Counted from the first letter of the stretch, positions 32,864 through 41,334 are shown. The stretch is 45,491 nucleotides of DNA from Candidatus Peribacteria bacterium (GCA_009691305.1 SICS01000001.1:1-45491), one strand, 5' to 3'. Notes: generated from the sequence alone by a model not told the origin. Translations and numbers: made by a program.

Positions 32864-34675
32864 CTAGAATTTTTGCTCTTCCCACAACTGGAAGAACGGC
32901 CCTTTTCGCTCCAGGAGCTGCTGCAGTGTCCCCTCCTCCGCGGCTTTCCCGTCGACCAGGACGACGATCTTATCGGCGTGTTTGATCGTACTCAGGCGGT
33001 GCGCGATCACGATGGAGGTGCGCCCCGCCACCGCCTCGTCGATGGCCTCCTGGATGAGCTTCTCGGTCTGGCTGTCGAGCGAGCTGGTGGCTTCGTCGAG
33101 GATCAGGATCTCGGCGCCCTTAAGGAGCGCACGGGCGATGGACACACGCTGCTTCTCGCCGCCGCTAAGTTTGACGCCGCGGTCGCCGATGAGCGTGTCG
33201 AGGCCCTGCGGCAACAGCGCGACGTAGTCGGCCAGGCGCGAGCGCCGCACGACATCCTGCAGCTGCTGCTCACTGACGTTCTGGAGGCCGTACGTGATGT
33301 TGTTTCGGAGTGAATCGTGGAGCAGGAGCGTCTCCTGGCTGACGACCGCAGTGTGTGCGAGGTAGGAATCGAGCGTGAATGAGCGGATATCCTTGCCGTC
33401 GATGAATACGGTCCCCGGCGGGCAGTCGTAGTACCGCATCAGCAGGCTGATGAGCGTGCTCTTGCCAGAGCCGGTGGGCCCGACGATCGCGGTCATCTGC
33501 CCCTTCTTGATCGTAAAGGAGATATCCTTGAGGACGTCGCGGTCGGTGTAGGAGAACGTGAGGTGTTTGCACTCGATAGCATCGCTTATGCTGGCGAACG
33601 GTTCACTCCCGCCCTTCACGAAGAACTTTCCGTCCTCATTGAAGATGCTGAGCACCGCGTCGAGCGGGCCTGCGACTGCGGCGAGTGATCCGCGGTACCC
33701 CGAGAGCGTGCCGAACTTGCTGGTGGCGTTCACGACGATGTAGAAGTAGACAATGAGTGCAGGAGCGGAGGCGATCTGGTCGCGGCCAAGACCGTAGAGC
33801 GCGCCCATGAAGATGGATGCAGCCACGAGGACGGTGACGATCTCCTGCAGCGGCAGGATCACGGATTGCAGCATGTTGACGCGGAAATCGAGCTTCGCCT
33901 TCTCGTCGCTGATGCTGGTGTAGCGGTCCTGTTCCAGACGCTCCGTGCGGTACGCCTTCACGAGCGGCATCGTGGAGAGAATCTCGACCGACTTCTTGTT
34001 GAGGTCGGCGCCACGCTCGGCGATGGAGTGAGAGACATTCTTGATGCGGACGATGAGCGTGCGGATGATGATGTGCAGGAGGAAGAAGAGCGGGATTGCG
34101 ATGAGCGTCAGCTTCCACGAGATCGCGATCATCACGCTCAGGTACACGACGAGCGCGAACACGGAGTTAATGAGGCGGTCGGCGGTGGCCAGCGGCATCA
34201 GCGCCTGCTGGCTGAACTCGAACAGCAGCGTGCTGTGGTGCCCCACGTTCGTGGTATCGAAGAAGAGCTTCCCAAAGCTGAGGTACTTGGTGAAGAGTGC
34301 CTTCCGGAGATGATGGAGGACGCGCTGGTAGAAATACCCCATGCTGATGATGGAGAGAAAGCGGGTGACGTTCTTGAGGATGTACATCACGATGAACCCC
34401 AACATAAGGATCGCAAAGATCAGGCGGTCGTTCTTGAGCACGGGCTCCGGCAGCATGTGCATGATCGGCCCGATCACCGGCGCCTCGGTGACGAAGGCGA
34501 AGCTCTTTGTGAGGAACCCGTTGAGGATGGGGACGAGCAACCCCATGCCCACGCCTTCAAAGGTCGCCGCGAGGACTGAGAGCAGCAGCGGGACCAGGAT
34601 GTGGATCGGCCGCACATGGATCTTCCCCAGGAGAATGAGAATCTTCCCGATGTTCGAGCGCGGCTTTGCGGGCAT
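32864..34675 (-). CDS. ABC exporter, fused TMD-NBD half-transporter (MsbA/PglK-like; candidate lipid-linked glycan flippase)
   Basis: It has six N-terminal TM segments, Walker A (GPTGSGKST), the ABC signature (LSGGEKQRVSIARAL) and Walker B (ILILDEATSSLD). Confidence 0.85.
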   Translation of the reverse strand: MPAKPRSNIGKILILLGKIHVRPIHILVPLLLSVLAATFEGVGMGLLVPILNGFLTKSFAFVTEAPVIGPIMHMLPEPVLKNDRLIFAILMLGFIVMYILKNVTRFLSIISMGYFYQRVLHHLRKALFTKYLSFGKLFFDTTNVGHHSTLLFEFSQQALMPLATADRLINSVFALVVYLSVMIAISWKLTLIAIPLFFLLHIIIRTLIVRIKNVSHSIAERGADLNKKSVEILSTMPLVKAYRTERLEQDRYTSISDEKAKLDFRVNMLQSVILPLQEIVTVLVAASIFMGALYGLGRDQIASAPALIVYFYIVVNATSKFGTLSGYRGSLAAVAGPLDAVLSIFNEDGKFFVKGGSEPFASISDAIECKHLTFSYTDRDVLKDISFTIKKGQMTAIVGPTGSGKSTLISLLMRYYDCPPGTVFIDGKDIRSFTLDSYLAHTAVVSQETLLLHDSLRNNITYGLQNVSEQQLQDVVRRSRLADYVALLPQGLDTLIGDRGVKLSGGEKQRVSIARALLKGAEILILDEATSSLDSQTEKLIQEAIDEAVAGRTSIVIAHRLSTIKHADKIVVLVDGKAAEEGTLQQLLERKGPFFQLWEEQKF

Positions 34676-34756
34676 TTTCGTTCCCGGAGACGGTACCCCA
34701 AATACGAGACTTTCGCAAGCCGAAGCGCTCTACTAGCTATTTAGACATCTCAGTCT

Positions 34757-34808
34757 GGGGCAGGCATTCCTGCCTACCCATCCAGCGGGCAAGTATGCCC
34801 GCTCTCAA
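34757..34808. repeat. Twin-hairpin dispersed repeat, copy C (slightly degenerate, 6-nt insertion between the hairpins)
   Basis: GGGGCAGGCATTCCTGCCTACCCATCCAGCGGGCAAGTATGCCCGCTCTCAAG. Confidence 0.75.
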
Positions 34809-34843
34809 GAATTTATATGATCTCCTGATACACTGGCGCCCGT

Positions 34844-36124
34844 ATGGTCAGTGCCCGATCGTCGGTATGGCTGCTCCTTCTCGTGCTGGTCGGCGCGGGA
34901 ATCCTGCGCGGCTTCTCCGTGAGCTGGAACATCGTGCCGCACAGCGACATCGAAATGGACGCGTCCGCGGCGGCGAGCTTCGCGCGTGACGGACGTCTGC
35001 TCAAGTCCGATACCGCGACGACGATGGAGGTGCCGGCCGACCTCTACTTGGCACAGCACCCGCCGGTCATGCCGATCCTCGCCGGTGCACTGACAGTGGC
35101 ACGCGGTGCGCCTGCGCAGTATGACAACGCGTATTTCTCCCTTCGTCTCGTCTCGATGGCGAGTGGCCTCTTGCTCATCCTGCTGGGGTTCTTGGTCGGA
35201 TCGCGGCTGCTGGGGCACAGTGCCGGGCTGATGATCGCCCTCTGGATGGCGCTCTCCTACCTCCTTATAGATTTCTCCGGCAACGGCGCGCTGTACTCGC
35301 TGCAGGCCGCCTTCTATCTCCTCTGGGTCCTCGCGACGTTCCTGGAACATCCGCGGATGAAGGCCTGCGCGATGGGCCTCGCGGTGGCCCTCGCGTACCT
35401 GACGAACTTCCAGTCGATCGTACTGCTGCCCGCATCCGTGTGCCTGCTGCTCCTGCAGGGGAAGACGTGGAAGATGCGGTGCGAACAGATCGCACTGTTC
35501 TTCCTGGTCGCAGCCGTGGGTGCGTCGCCCTGGCTGATCCGGAACCAGATCATTTTCGGCGACGCCTTCCGCAGCCACCATGTGAACAACGGCTACGTCC
35601 TGATGAAGGCCGGGCTGGGAGGCGACCACGTCGTCACCATCTTCGACTGGATCGACATCGTCATCGGCATGCTGCGCGTCTGGATCCCGAACAACCTCTT
35701 CTACGTCGCGCGGAAGCTCTTCATCCTTGCCCCCATCGCCTTCGTCTTCTTCTCCTTCGCGTGGATCGACTACCTCTTCTCATGGAAACGCTTCACGAAG
35801 ATGTCTCCCATCCTACTGCTCTTCGTCTGCCACCTGCTGATCTCGGTCGCGTGGCCGATCACGAAGTTCCGGTTCTTCGTGCCGATGCTCCCGCTCGTCT
35901 TCCTCATCGCAATGGAGCAGTTGCTGAGCCTCCCCGTGAAGAGGGAGCAGAAACTGGCATGGGTCGGTGCCATCACCTGCTCGATCGCCATCCTCTCCGC
36001 GCTCACATGGAACTCGATCGCCACACACACCTACTACTTTGACGGCGCACTGACAACCGACCCCTTCAGCGGGTTCCAAGAGCGCGACTTCATGAGGACA
36101 AAAGGCCTTCTCCCCTCCTTCTGA
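34844..36124 (+). CDS. Polytopic membrane protein, GT-C / ArnT-PMT(GT39)-like putative glycosyltransferase
   Basis: The 426-aa protein has about 11 hydrophobic segments and its overall architecture is ArnT-like. No soluble domain is present. The family call is tentative. Confidence 0.45.
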   Translation: MVSARSSVWLLLLVLVGAGILRGFSVSWNIVPHSDIEMDASAAASFARDGRLLKSDTATTMEVPADLYLAQHPPVMPILAGALTVARGAPAQYDNAYFSLRLVSMASGLLLILLGFLVGSRLLGHSAGLMIALWMALSYLLIDFSGNGALYSLQAAFYLLWVLATFLEHPRMKACAMGLAVALAYLTNFQSIVLLPASVCLLLLQGKTWKMRCEQIALFFLVAAVGASPWLIRNQIIFGDAFRSHHVNNGYVLMKAGLGGDHVVTIFDWIDIVIGMLRVWIPNNLFYVARKLFILAPIAFVFFSFAWIDYLFSWKRFTKMSPILLLFVCHLLISVAWPITKFRFFVPMLPLVFLIAMEQLLSLPVKREQKLAWVGAITCSIAILSALTWNSIATHTYYFDGALTTDPFSGFQERDFMRTKGLLPSF

Positions 36125-36202
36125 TGTGCCATCTGTCTCCCCAACGGCAAACACTGCTGAAGCGTGCGCTGCAGGCCGTCATGGTTGGGATCCTGATCTT
36201 TG

Positions 36203-36376
36203 TGTTTGTGAACGGGGTGTTGATGCGAATTACACCTTAGCGCACGTCTTCGACGTGCGTATCGCAGGCATCACCGCAGGTCGAAGACCTGCTGCTAGGA
36301 AAACTAGTTTGTGAACGGGGTGTTGATGCGCATCACGCCTTAGCGCACGTCTTCGACGTGCGGCTAGGAAAACTAG
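36203..36376. repeat. Composite REP cluster: [X-REP][inverted REP][Y][X-REP][Y]
   Basis: X is TTTGTGAACGGGGTGTTGATGCG.AT.AC.CCTTAGC, present twice (from 36205 and 36308). REPs lie at 36240-36259, 36276-36293 (inverted) and 36343-36362. Y is CTAGGAAAACTAG at 36295-36307 and 36364-36376. Confidence 0.85.
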
Positions 36377-37500
36377 GCGATCAATTGCCCGTACAACCTC
36401 ATCAAACACTGCGCGGATGCTGAGAGCGGATACAGGCGCGTGACCGCTTCGCGATAGCGCTTTCCTTCCGCCGCGCGCATAGCAGGTGGCAGCGCGAGGA
36501 AGCGGCACACACGGTTCACGAGTTCTTGCGTGTCCCGGAGTGGCGCGACAAAGCCGGGATCGATCGGTGAGAGCACATCGCGCACCGCACCCGCATCGAA
36601 CGCGAAGGCGGGGCGTCCGCACGCGAGTGCTTCGATCAGCGATAACCCAAAGCCTTCGTAGAGTGAGGTCGAGAGGAGCGTCGCCGACCGCTGCATGATC
36701 GAGACAAGCTGATCTTCTTCCACCGTCCCAAAGGCCGTGACGCCCGGGATGCCTTTGAGGATGGCATTCTGCTGCGCTGACCTGCGGCCGACATCGGCAA
36801 TCTTCATCCCCTTCTTGGAGAGCAGCCGGTAGGCATCGACCAGATAGCGGAACCCCTTCCGTGGATGCACGAACGATCCGACTGCGGTCACATCGAACTC
36901 TGAGTTGCCCAGGTCACCGGGTGTGAAGATGTCCGGGTTCACCCCGTTCGGGACGATGTGGATGGAGAAGACATCGCACGCGTAGTCGCGCGCGATCCGC
37001 TGGGCACTGGTGTTGGACACGGTCGCGATGCACCGGACGCCGCGGCACATGCGTGCCTGGAAGCGCGTGAGCAACGCGTACTTCATCCGCCAACGCAGCT
37101 TCTCGAATCCGGATGACTCCTCCAGCGCGACCGCGCGGTCGGCAGAGACCGGGTGGTGGATCAGGAACAACACCGGGACGCCGGACTCTTTGAGGCGCAG
37201 GAGCGCGGGGCCCATCGTCTGGTTGATGTGGATAGCATCGAACTGTTTCCAGAACGCGTGGTGCGGCGGGTAGCGGTGCATGACCGCGCGTGCGAACATC
37301 CAGTCGGCGCAGCCGTAGTAGTAGGGCCCGATGCGCGCGTTGAGCGTCTCGACAGTGACGTTCTTCGGCAGGTCGGGACTCTTCGGCTTCGTGCGGCTGG
37401 TGAGGATCGTGAACTGCACGTCCGGCAACGCGGCCAGGAGCGGCAGATGGTTGCCGCCCTTAAAGGCATCGAGGACCGGCGTGAGGAGACAGACGCGCAT
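36373..37500 (-). CDS. Glycosyltransferase family 4 (GT-B, group 1)
   Basis: MRVCLLTPVLDAFKGGNH..LLSTSLYEGFGLSLIEALACGRP carries the E-x7-E type motif. Confidence 0.85.
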   Translation of the reverse strand: MRVCLLTPVLDAFKGGNHLPLLAALPDVQFTILTSRTKPKSPDLPKNVTVETLNARIGPYYYGCADWMFARAVMHRYPPHHAFWKQFDAIHINQTMGPALLRLKESGVPVLFLIHHPVSADRAVALEESSGFEKLRWRMKYALLTRFQARMCRGVRCIATVSNTSAQRIARDYACDVFSIHIVPNGVNPDIFTPGDLGNSEFDVTAVGSFVHPRKGFRYLVDAYRLLSKKGMKIADVGRRSAQQNAILKGIPGVTAFGTVEEDQLVSIMQRSATLLSTSLYEGFGLSLIEALACGRPAFAFDAGAVRDVLSPIDPGFVAPLRDTQELVNRVCRFLALPPAMRAAEGKRYREAVTRLYPLSASAQCLMRLYGQLIA

Positions 37501-37521
37501 GTACGCGGTAGATTACCCCCG

Positions 37522-38721
37522 ATGAGCAGGTCCCGCACCGCCCTCTACGGCAACCTCCTCCTGGTCTTCGGGAGCGTTCTCGTGACGTTGGTGGTCGCAG
37601 AGGTTGCACTACGCCTGCTCGGCGTCAGCTATCCCTATTGGTCGCGGGTCGACCCCCTGACGGGCTTTTCTCCACGCCCGGGCATCTCCGGCATCGTGCA
37701 CGATGAAGGGGCGGCATTTGTGAGCATCAACAGTGCCGGCTTCCGCGACCGTGAGCACACGGTCGAAAAACCGTCGGACACCATCCGTGTCGCAGTGCTG
37801 GGTGACTCGTATACCGAAGGGAAGCAGGTGGAAATGGACGAGACGTTCTGGTCGGTGGCCGAGCGGGAGCTGGCCGCGTGTCCGGCGCGAGGAAAAGCGC
37901 GGGTGGAATTCCTGAACTTCGGCGTGTCGGGATACGGGACGGCACAAGAGTGGCTGTTGCTCGAACGAATATGGCCGTACCAACCAGATGTGGTCGTTGT
38001 CGCCTTCACAGCGGGGAACGATGTGATCAACAACTCGCGCGAGATCGAGGGCGGCGACAACAAGCCGTACGTGGAGGACGTGGATGGCGTGCTGACGCCG
38101 GACTTCTCCTTTCGCGCGAAGCCGTTCTTCCAAAAACAGACGTCGCTGACATCATGGATCGCCCTTGCAGTCATCGACCACTCGCGCGTGGCACAGCTCG
38201 TCGCGCAAGTCCTCCGCGTCGCGCGCAGGAAACAGGCAGTGCAGACCGCCGCAACCGCGGAGACGGCATCGGGCGCAGTGCTGCGCGAATTCGGGCTGGA
38301 CCGCGACATCTATACCGCACCGAAGACCGCCGCATACGCACGCGCGTGGCGTCTCACCGAACTGCTGTTGCAGGGCATCGCCGCGCAAGCGCGCACCCAC
38401 AAGAGCGGCATCGTGGTGATGACCGTGCCAATCAGCATCCAGACGCACCCCGATCCTGCGGTGCGCGATGCCGCACGGCGGAAACTGAAGGTGCCGAACC
38501 TCTTCTATGCCGAGAACAGGGTGATCGCCGCGGGCAAGCGCGGGAACTATCCCGTGCTCGCGCTCGGCAGGCCCATGCAGAGGGACGCGCAGGCTCAGAA
38601 GACCTTCTTCAACGGCGCACCCGGCATGGCCCCCGGAAGCGGCCACTGGAATGCCAAAGGGCACGGGGAAGCGGGTCGTTTGCTCTCGCAGTTCCTCTGT
38701 TCAAAAGGAATCATTCATTAA
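37522..38721 (+). CDS. Membrane-anchored SGNH/GDSL-family hydrolase or acyltransferase, paralog 1
   Basis: It has an N-terminal TM segment, then VAVLGDSYTEG (block I Ser), GVSGYG (block II) and FTAGNDV (block III). The ATG at 37522 is preceded by TAGATT-N7. It is only 21 bp from the divergent GT4 start. Confidence 0.75.
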   Translation: MSRSRTALYGNLLLVFGSVLVTLVVAEVALRLLGVSYPYWSRVDPLTGFSPRPGISGIVHDEGAAFVSINSAGFRDREHTVEKPSDTIRVAVLGDSYTEGKQVEMDETFWSVAERELAACPARGKARVEFLNFGVSGYGTAQEWLLLERIWPYQPDVVVVAFTAGNDVINNSREIEGGDNKPYVEDVDGVLTPDFSFRAKPFFQKQTSLTSWIALAVIDHSRVAQLVAQVLRVARRKQAVQTAATAETASGAVLREFGLDRDIYTAPKTAAYARAWRLTELLLQGIAAQARTHKSGIVVMTVPISIQTHPDPAVRDAARRKLKVPNLFYAENRVIAAGKRGNYPVLALGRPMQRDAQAQKTFFNGAPGMAPGSGHWNAKGHGEAGRLLSQFLCSKGIIH

Positions 38722-38831
38722 CCAGAGAGCAGGCTGTCATCCTGAGCGGAGCGAAGGACGGCCTGCGCGATCACGCGCGCCGAACGCGCGCTCCTAATAG
38801 CTAAAAATGACTGCCCCCAAATTGCCCATGC

Positions 38832-38837
38832 TATACT
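38832..38837 (+). promoter_or_regulatory. -10-like box TATACT, 6 nt upstream of the GTG at 38844, with a possible -35 TGACTG at 38808-38813 (18-nt spacing)
   Basis: Read directly, in the 122-bp gap after the SGNH gene. Confidence 0.4.
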
Positions 38838-38843
38838 CCAGCC

Positions 38844-39002
38844 GTGAGTAAGATCGCGATCTTCCGGGAACTGTGGCTCTTCATGCGGATGCGGAAGAAA
38901 TTCTGGATGCTGCCGCTGATCCTGCTGATCATCCTGCTCGGTTTACTCCTCTTGTTCGCCCAGACGTCGCCGCTGGCACCGTTCATCTACACGATAATTT
39001 AG
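38844..39002 (+). CDS. 52-aa single-TM protein, SxtK/DUF5989-like (carbamoyltransferase-associated)
   Basis: It is not in the ORF track because it is shorter than 60 aa. It has a GTG start and translates as MSKIAIFRELWLFMRMRKKFWMLPLILLIILLGLLLLFAQTSPLAPFIYTII. This matches my recollection of the family pattern (..LW.FL..RKKFWLLPI..LLLLG.L...T.GS..APFIYTLF). Confidence 0.7.
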   Translation: MSKIAIFRELWLFMRMRKKFWMLPLILLIILLGLLLLFAQTSPLAPFIYTII

Positions 39003-39004
39003 CG

Positions 39005-39238
39005 ATGTATCTCCCCCCACCCTTCTCCTGGCTCTACGACGCCTGGATGGCATTCAGCAAGCTGCTCGGAATGGTGATGAGTAAGATCATCCTAACGGTT
39101 CTCTGGATCGTGGGATTCGGCATCTACGGGATCATCCACAAGATCGTGGGGCTCTTCGTAAAGAAAGCGGAGGCGCCGGGGACGTATTGGATTGACGTGA
39201 AACCGACGGAACCCGGAGATTTGCATCGTCAATTTTGA
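39005..39238 (+). CDS. 77-aa membrane protein, SxtJ-like (C-terminal half of the family)
   Basis: MYLPPPFSWLYDAWMAFSKLLGMVMSKIILTVLWIVGFGIYGIIHKIV..YWIDVKPTEPGDLHRQF resembles the SxtJ tail (..W..FG.LL..I..PI.....F......G.......YW......NQF). GATAAT-N6-ATG precedes it. Confidence 0.6.
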   Translation: MYLPPPFSWLYDAWMAFSKLLGMVMSKIILTVLWIVGFGIYGIIHKIVGLFVKKAEAPGTYWIDVKPTEPGDLHRQF

Positions 39239-39241
39239 TTA

Positions 39242-39265
39242 CCATCTAACCATCTAACCATTTAA
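39242..39265 (+). repeat. Three tandem 8-mers, CCATCTAA CCATCTAA CCATTTAA, upstream of the carbamoyltransferase
   Basis: Read directly in the 37-bp gap. Confidence 0.6.
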
Positions 39266-39275
39266 CAATTCTCGG

Positions 39276-41063
39276 ATGCCTATCCAACCTCCTCATCGAC
39301 CGGGTGACAAACCCATCACTATCCTCGGCATTTCCTGTTATTACCACGATAGTGCCGCGTGCTTGGTGCGCGGAGGCGAGGTCGTCTTTGCAGCGCACGA
39401 GGAACGCTACACGCGCAAGAAGCACGACGAGGCCTTGCCGAAGAACGCGATTGAGCACGCCTTGAAGTACGCGGGCATCACGATCGATGATGTCGACGCC
39501 ATCGTCTTCTACGAAAAGCCGCTCCTGAAGTTCTTCGACCGCATCATCCCCACCTACATCACCCAGTGGCCGCTGGGGTTCCTGACGTACCACCGCGCGA
39601 TGCACGAGTGGATGCAGAAGAAGCTCTGGATCCCGCAGAACCTGAAAAAAGAATTGAAATATAAGGGCCCTGTCCTCTTCACCAGCCACCACGAATCGCA
39701 CGCGGCCTCCGCGTACTACGCTTCCGGTTTCCCCGACGCCGCGGTGGTCACCGTCGACGGCGTGGGTGAGTGGGCGACGACGACGATCGGGCGCGGGAAA
39801 GGAACGGAATTGAATATCGTGCAGGAACTCCACTTCCCGCACTCGCTCGGACTCCTCTATTCCGCCATCACGTACTACATCGGCTTCAAGGTGAACAGCG
39901 CGGAGTACAAAGTGATGGGTCTCGCGCCGTATGGGGAGCCGAAATACATGAAGGAGATGCGCGAACTGATTGAGGTACGCGAGGACGGGAGTTTCCGGAT
40001 GAACATGAAGTACTTTAACTACGAAGTCGGACTGCGGATGACAGGACGCGCGATCGAGCAGCTCTTCGGCCAGCCGACGAGGAGGCAGGAGGCCCCACTC
40101 ACGCAGTTCCACAAGGATGTCGCACGGTCGCTGCAGGAAATCACGGAGGAAATCATGCTGAAGGTCTGCACGCACGCCAAGAAACTCTGTCCGAGTGACA
40201 ACCTCTGTCTTGCAGGCGGCGTCGCACTCAACTGCGTGGCGAACGGGAAGGTCCTCCGCGCGGGGATCTTCAAGAATATCTTCATCCAGCCCGCGGCCGG
40301 GGACGCCGGAGGGGCATTGGGCGCGGCACTCGCGGCGTGGCACAAGGAATACGGCGGTGAGCGCCTGCCAAAGATGGAACATGTGTATCTGGGGAACGCC
40401 TACACGCAGGACGAGATCGAGGCGTACCTGAACGCGCAGGGGTTGCCGTACGAAAAGCTTGGTGACGCGGAGCTGATCGAGACGACCGCAGGGCTTCTGC
40501 AAGGCACCAATGTGGTCGGCTGGTTCCAGGGGCGCATGGAGTACGGCCCGCGCTCGCTTGGGAACCGCTCGATCCTCGCGGACGCGCGCAACAAGGAGAA
40601 CTGGCAGAAGGTGAACCTGAAAATTAAGTTCCGCGAGAGTTTCCGCCCTTTCGCACCGACAGTGTTGGAGGAAAAAGTCTCCGAGTGGTTCGATTTGGAT
40701 CGAGAGAGTCCCTACATGCTCCTCGTCGCCGACACTCGCCCGGACAAACGCGAGCTGATCCCCGCCGTGACGCACGTGGACGGCAGCGCGCGCATCCAAA
40801 CCATCCGCCGCGACCAGAACCCGCGCTACTACGACCTCATCAAGGCGTTCGAGCAGAAGACGGGGTGCCCCGTGATCATCAACACCTCCTTCAATGTTCG
40901 CGGCGAGCCCATCGTCGAATCGCCCAAAGATGCCGTGAACTGCTTCCTCCATACGCACATGGATATCCTGGTGATGGGGAACTGCCTGCTCCGCAAAGAG
41001 AAGATGCCGGAGAGCGTAAAGAGGGATACGGAGGCCTATCTAAAGCAGTTCCAATTGGATTAG
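39276..41063 (+). CDS. Carbamoyltransferase (NodU/CmcH/SxtI family)
   Basis: ILGISCYYHDSAACLV..AAHEERYTRKKHD..FTSHHESHAASAYY..VDGVGEW..LAGGVALNC..TSFNVRGEPIV. Confidence 0.9.
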   Translation: MPIQPPHRPGDKPITILGISCYYHDSAACLVRGGEVVFAAHEERYTRKKHDEALPKNAIEHALKYAGITIDDVDAIVFYEKPLLKFFDRIIPTYITQWPLGFLTYHRAMHEWMQKKLWIPQNLKKELKYKGPVLFTSHHESHAASAYYASGFPDAAVVTVDGVGEWATTTIGRGKGTELNIVQELHFPHSLGLLYSAITYYIGFKVNSAEYKVMGLAPYGEPKYMKEMRELIEVREDGSFRMNMKYFNYEVGLRMTGRAIEQLFGQPTRRQEAPLTQFHKDVARSLQEITEEIMLKVCTHAKKLCPSDNLCLAGGVALNCVANGKVLRAGIFKNIFIQPAAGDAGGALGAALAAWHKEYGGERLPKMEHVYLGNAYTQDEIEAYLNAQGLPYEKLGDAELIETTAGLLQGTNVVGWFQGRMEYGPRSLGNRSILADARNKENWQKVNLKIKFRESFRPFAPTVLEEKVSEWFDLDRESPYMLLVADTRPDKRELIPAVTHVDGSARIQTIRRDQNPRYYDLIKAFEQKTGCPVIINTSFNVRGEPIVESPKDAVNCFLHTHMDILVMGNCLLRKEKMPESVKRDTEAYLKQFQLD

Positions 41064-41071
41064 ACACGGCC

Positions 41072-41077
41072 TAGACT
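41072..41077 (+). promoter_or_regulatory. -10-like box TAGACT, 6 nt upstream of the SemiSWEET ATG
   Basis: The sequence reads TAGACT-ccgttc-ATG in the 20-bp gap. Confidence 0.35.
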
Positions 41078-41083
41078 CCGTTC

Positions 41084-41329
41084 ATGGAACCCCTTGGATT
41101 TCTGGCAGGAACTCTTGTCGCCGTATCTCTTCTTCCACAGGTCATAAAGTCGTGGAAAACACGATCAACAAAAGATATTGCCATTTCATGGACGCTATTA
41201 AATTTATTGGGTCAGATCCTGTGGGTTGGGTACGGCTTTGGCATACAAAGCTCATCACTCGTGATCATGAGTGGGATCACACTTGTGATGACCATCTCAC
41301 TACTCGTTCTCAAGCTACTGCACGGATAA
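41084..41329 (+). CDS. SemiSWEET / PQ-loop family sugar transporter (3-TM unit)
   Basis: The 81-aa protein has three hydrophobic helices and an LPQVIKSWKT PQ-motif after TM1. The segment is lower in GC. Confidence 0.7.
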   Translation: MEPLGFLAGTLVAVSLLPQVIKSWKTRSTKDIAISWTLLNLLGQILWVGYGFGIQSSSLVIMSGITLVMTISLLVLKLLHG

Positions 41330-41334
41330 AAATC

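Noticed and set aside
38736-38795. GTCATCCTGAGCGGAGCGAAGGAC followed by GC-rich short hairpins (GCGCG-CCGAA-CGCGC) after the SGNH gene. The first motif looks like a repeat I have seen in other environmental genomes.
   Set aside because: There is only one copy in this window, no U-tract to call it a terminator, and I cannot verify the recollection without a search. It is left unannotated.
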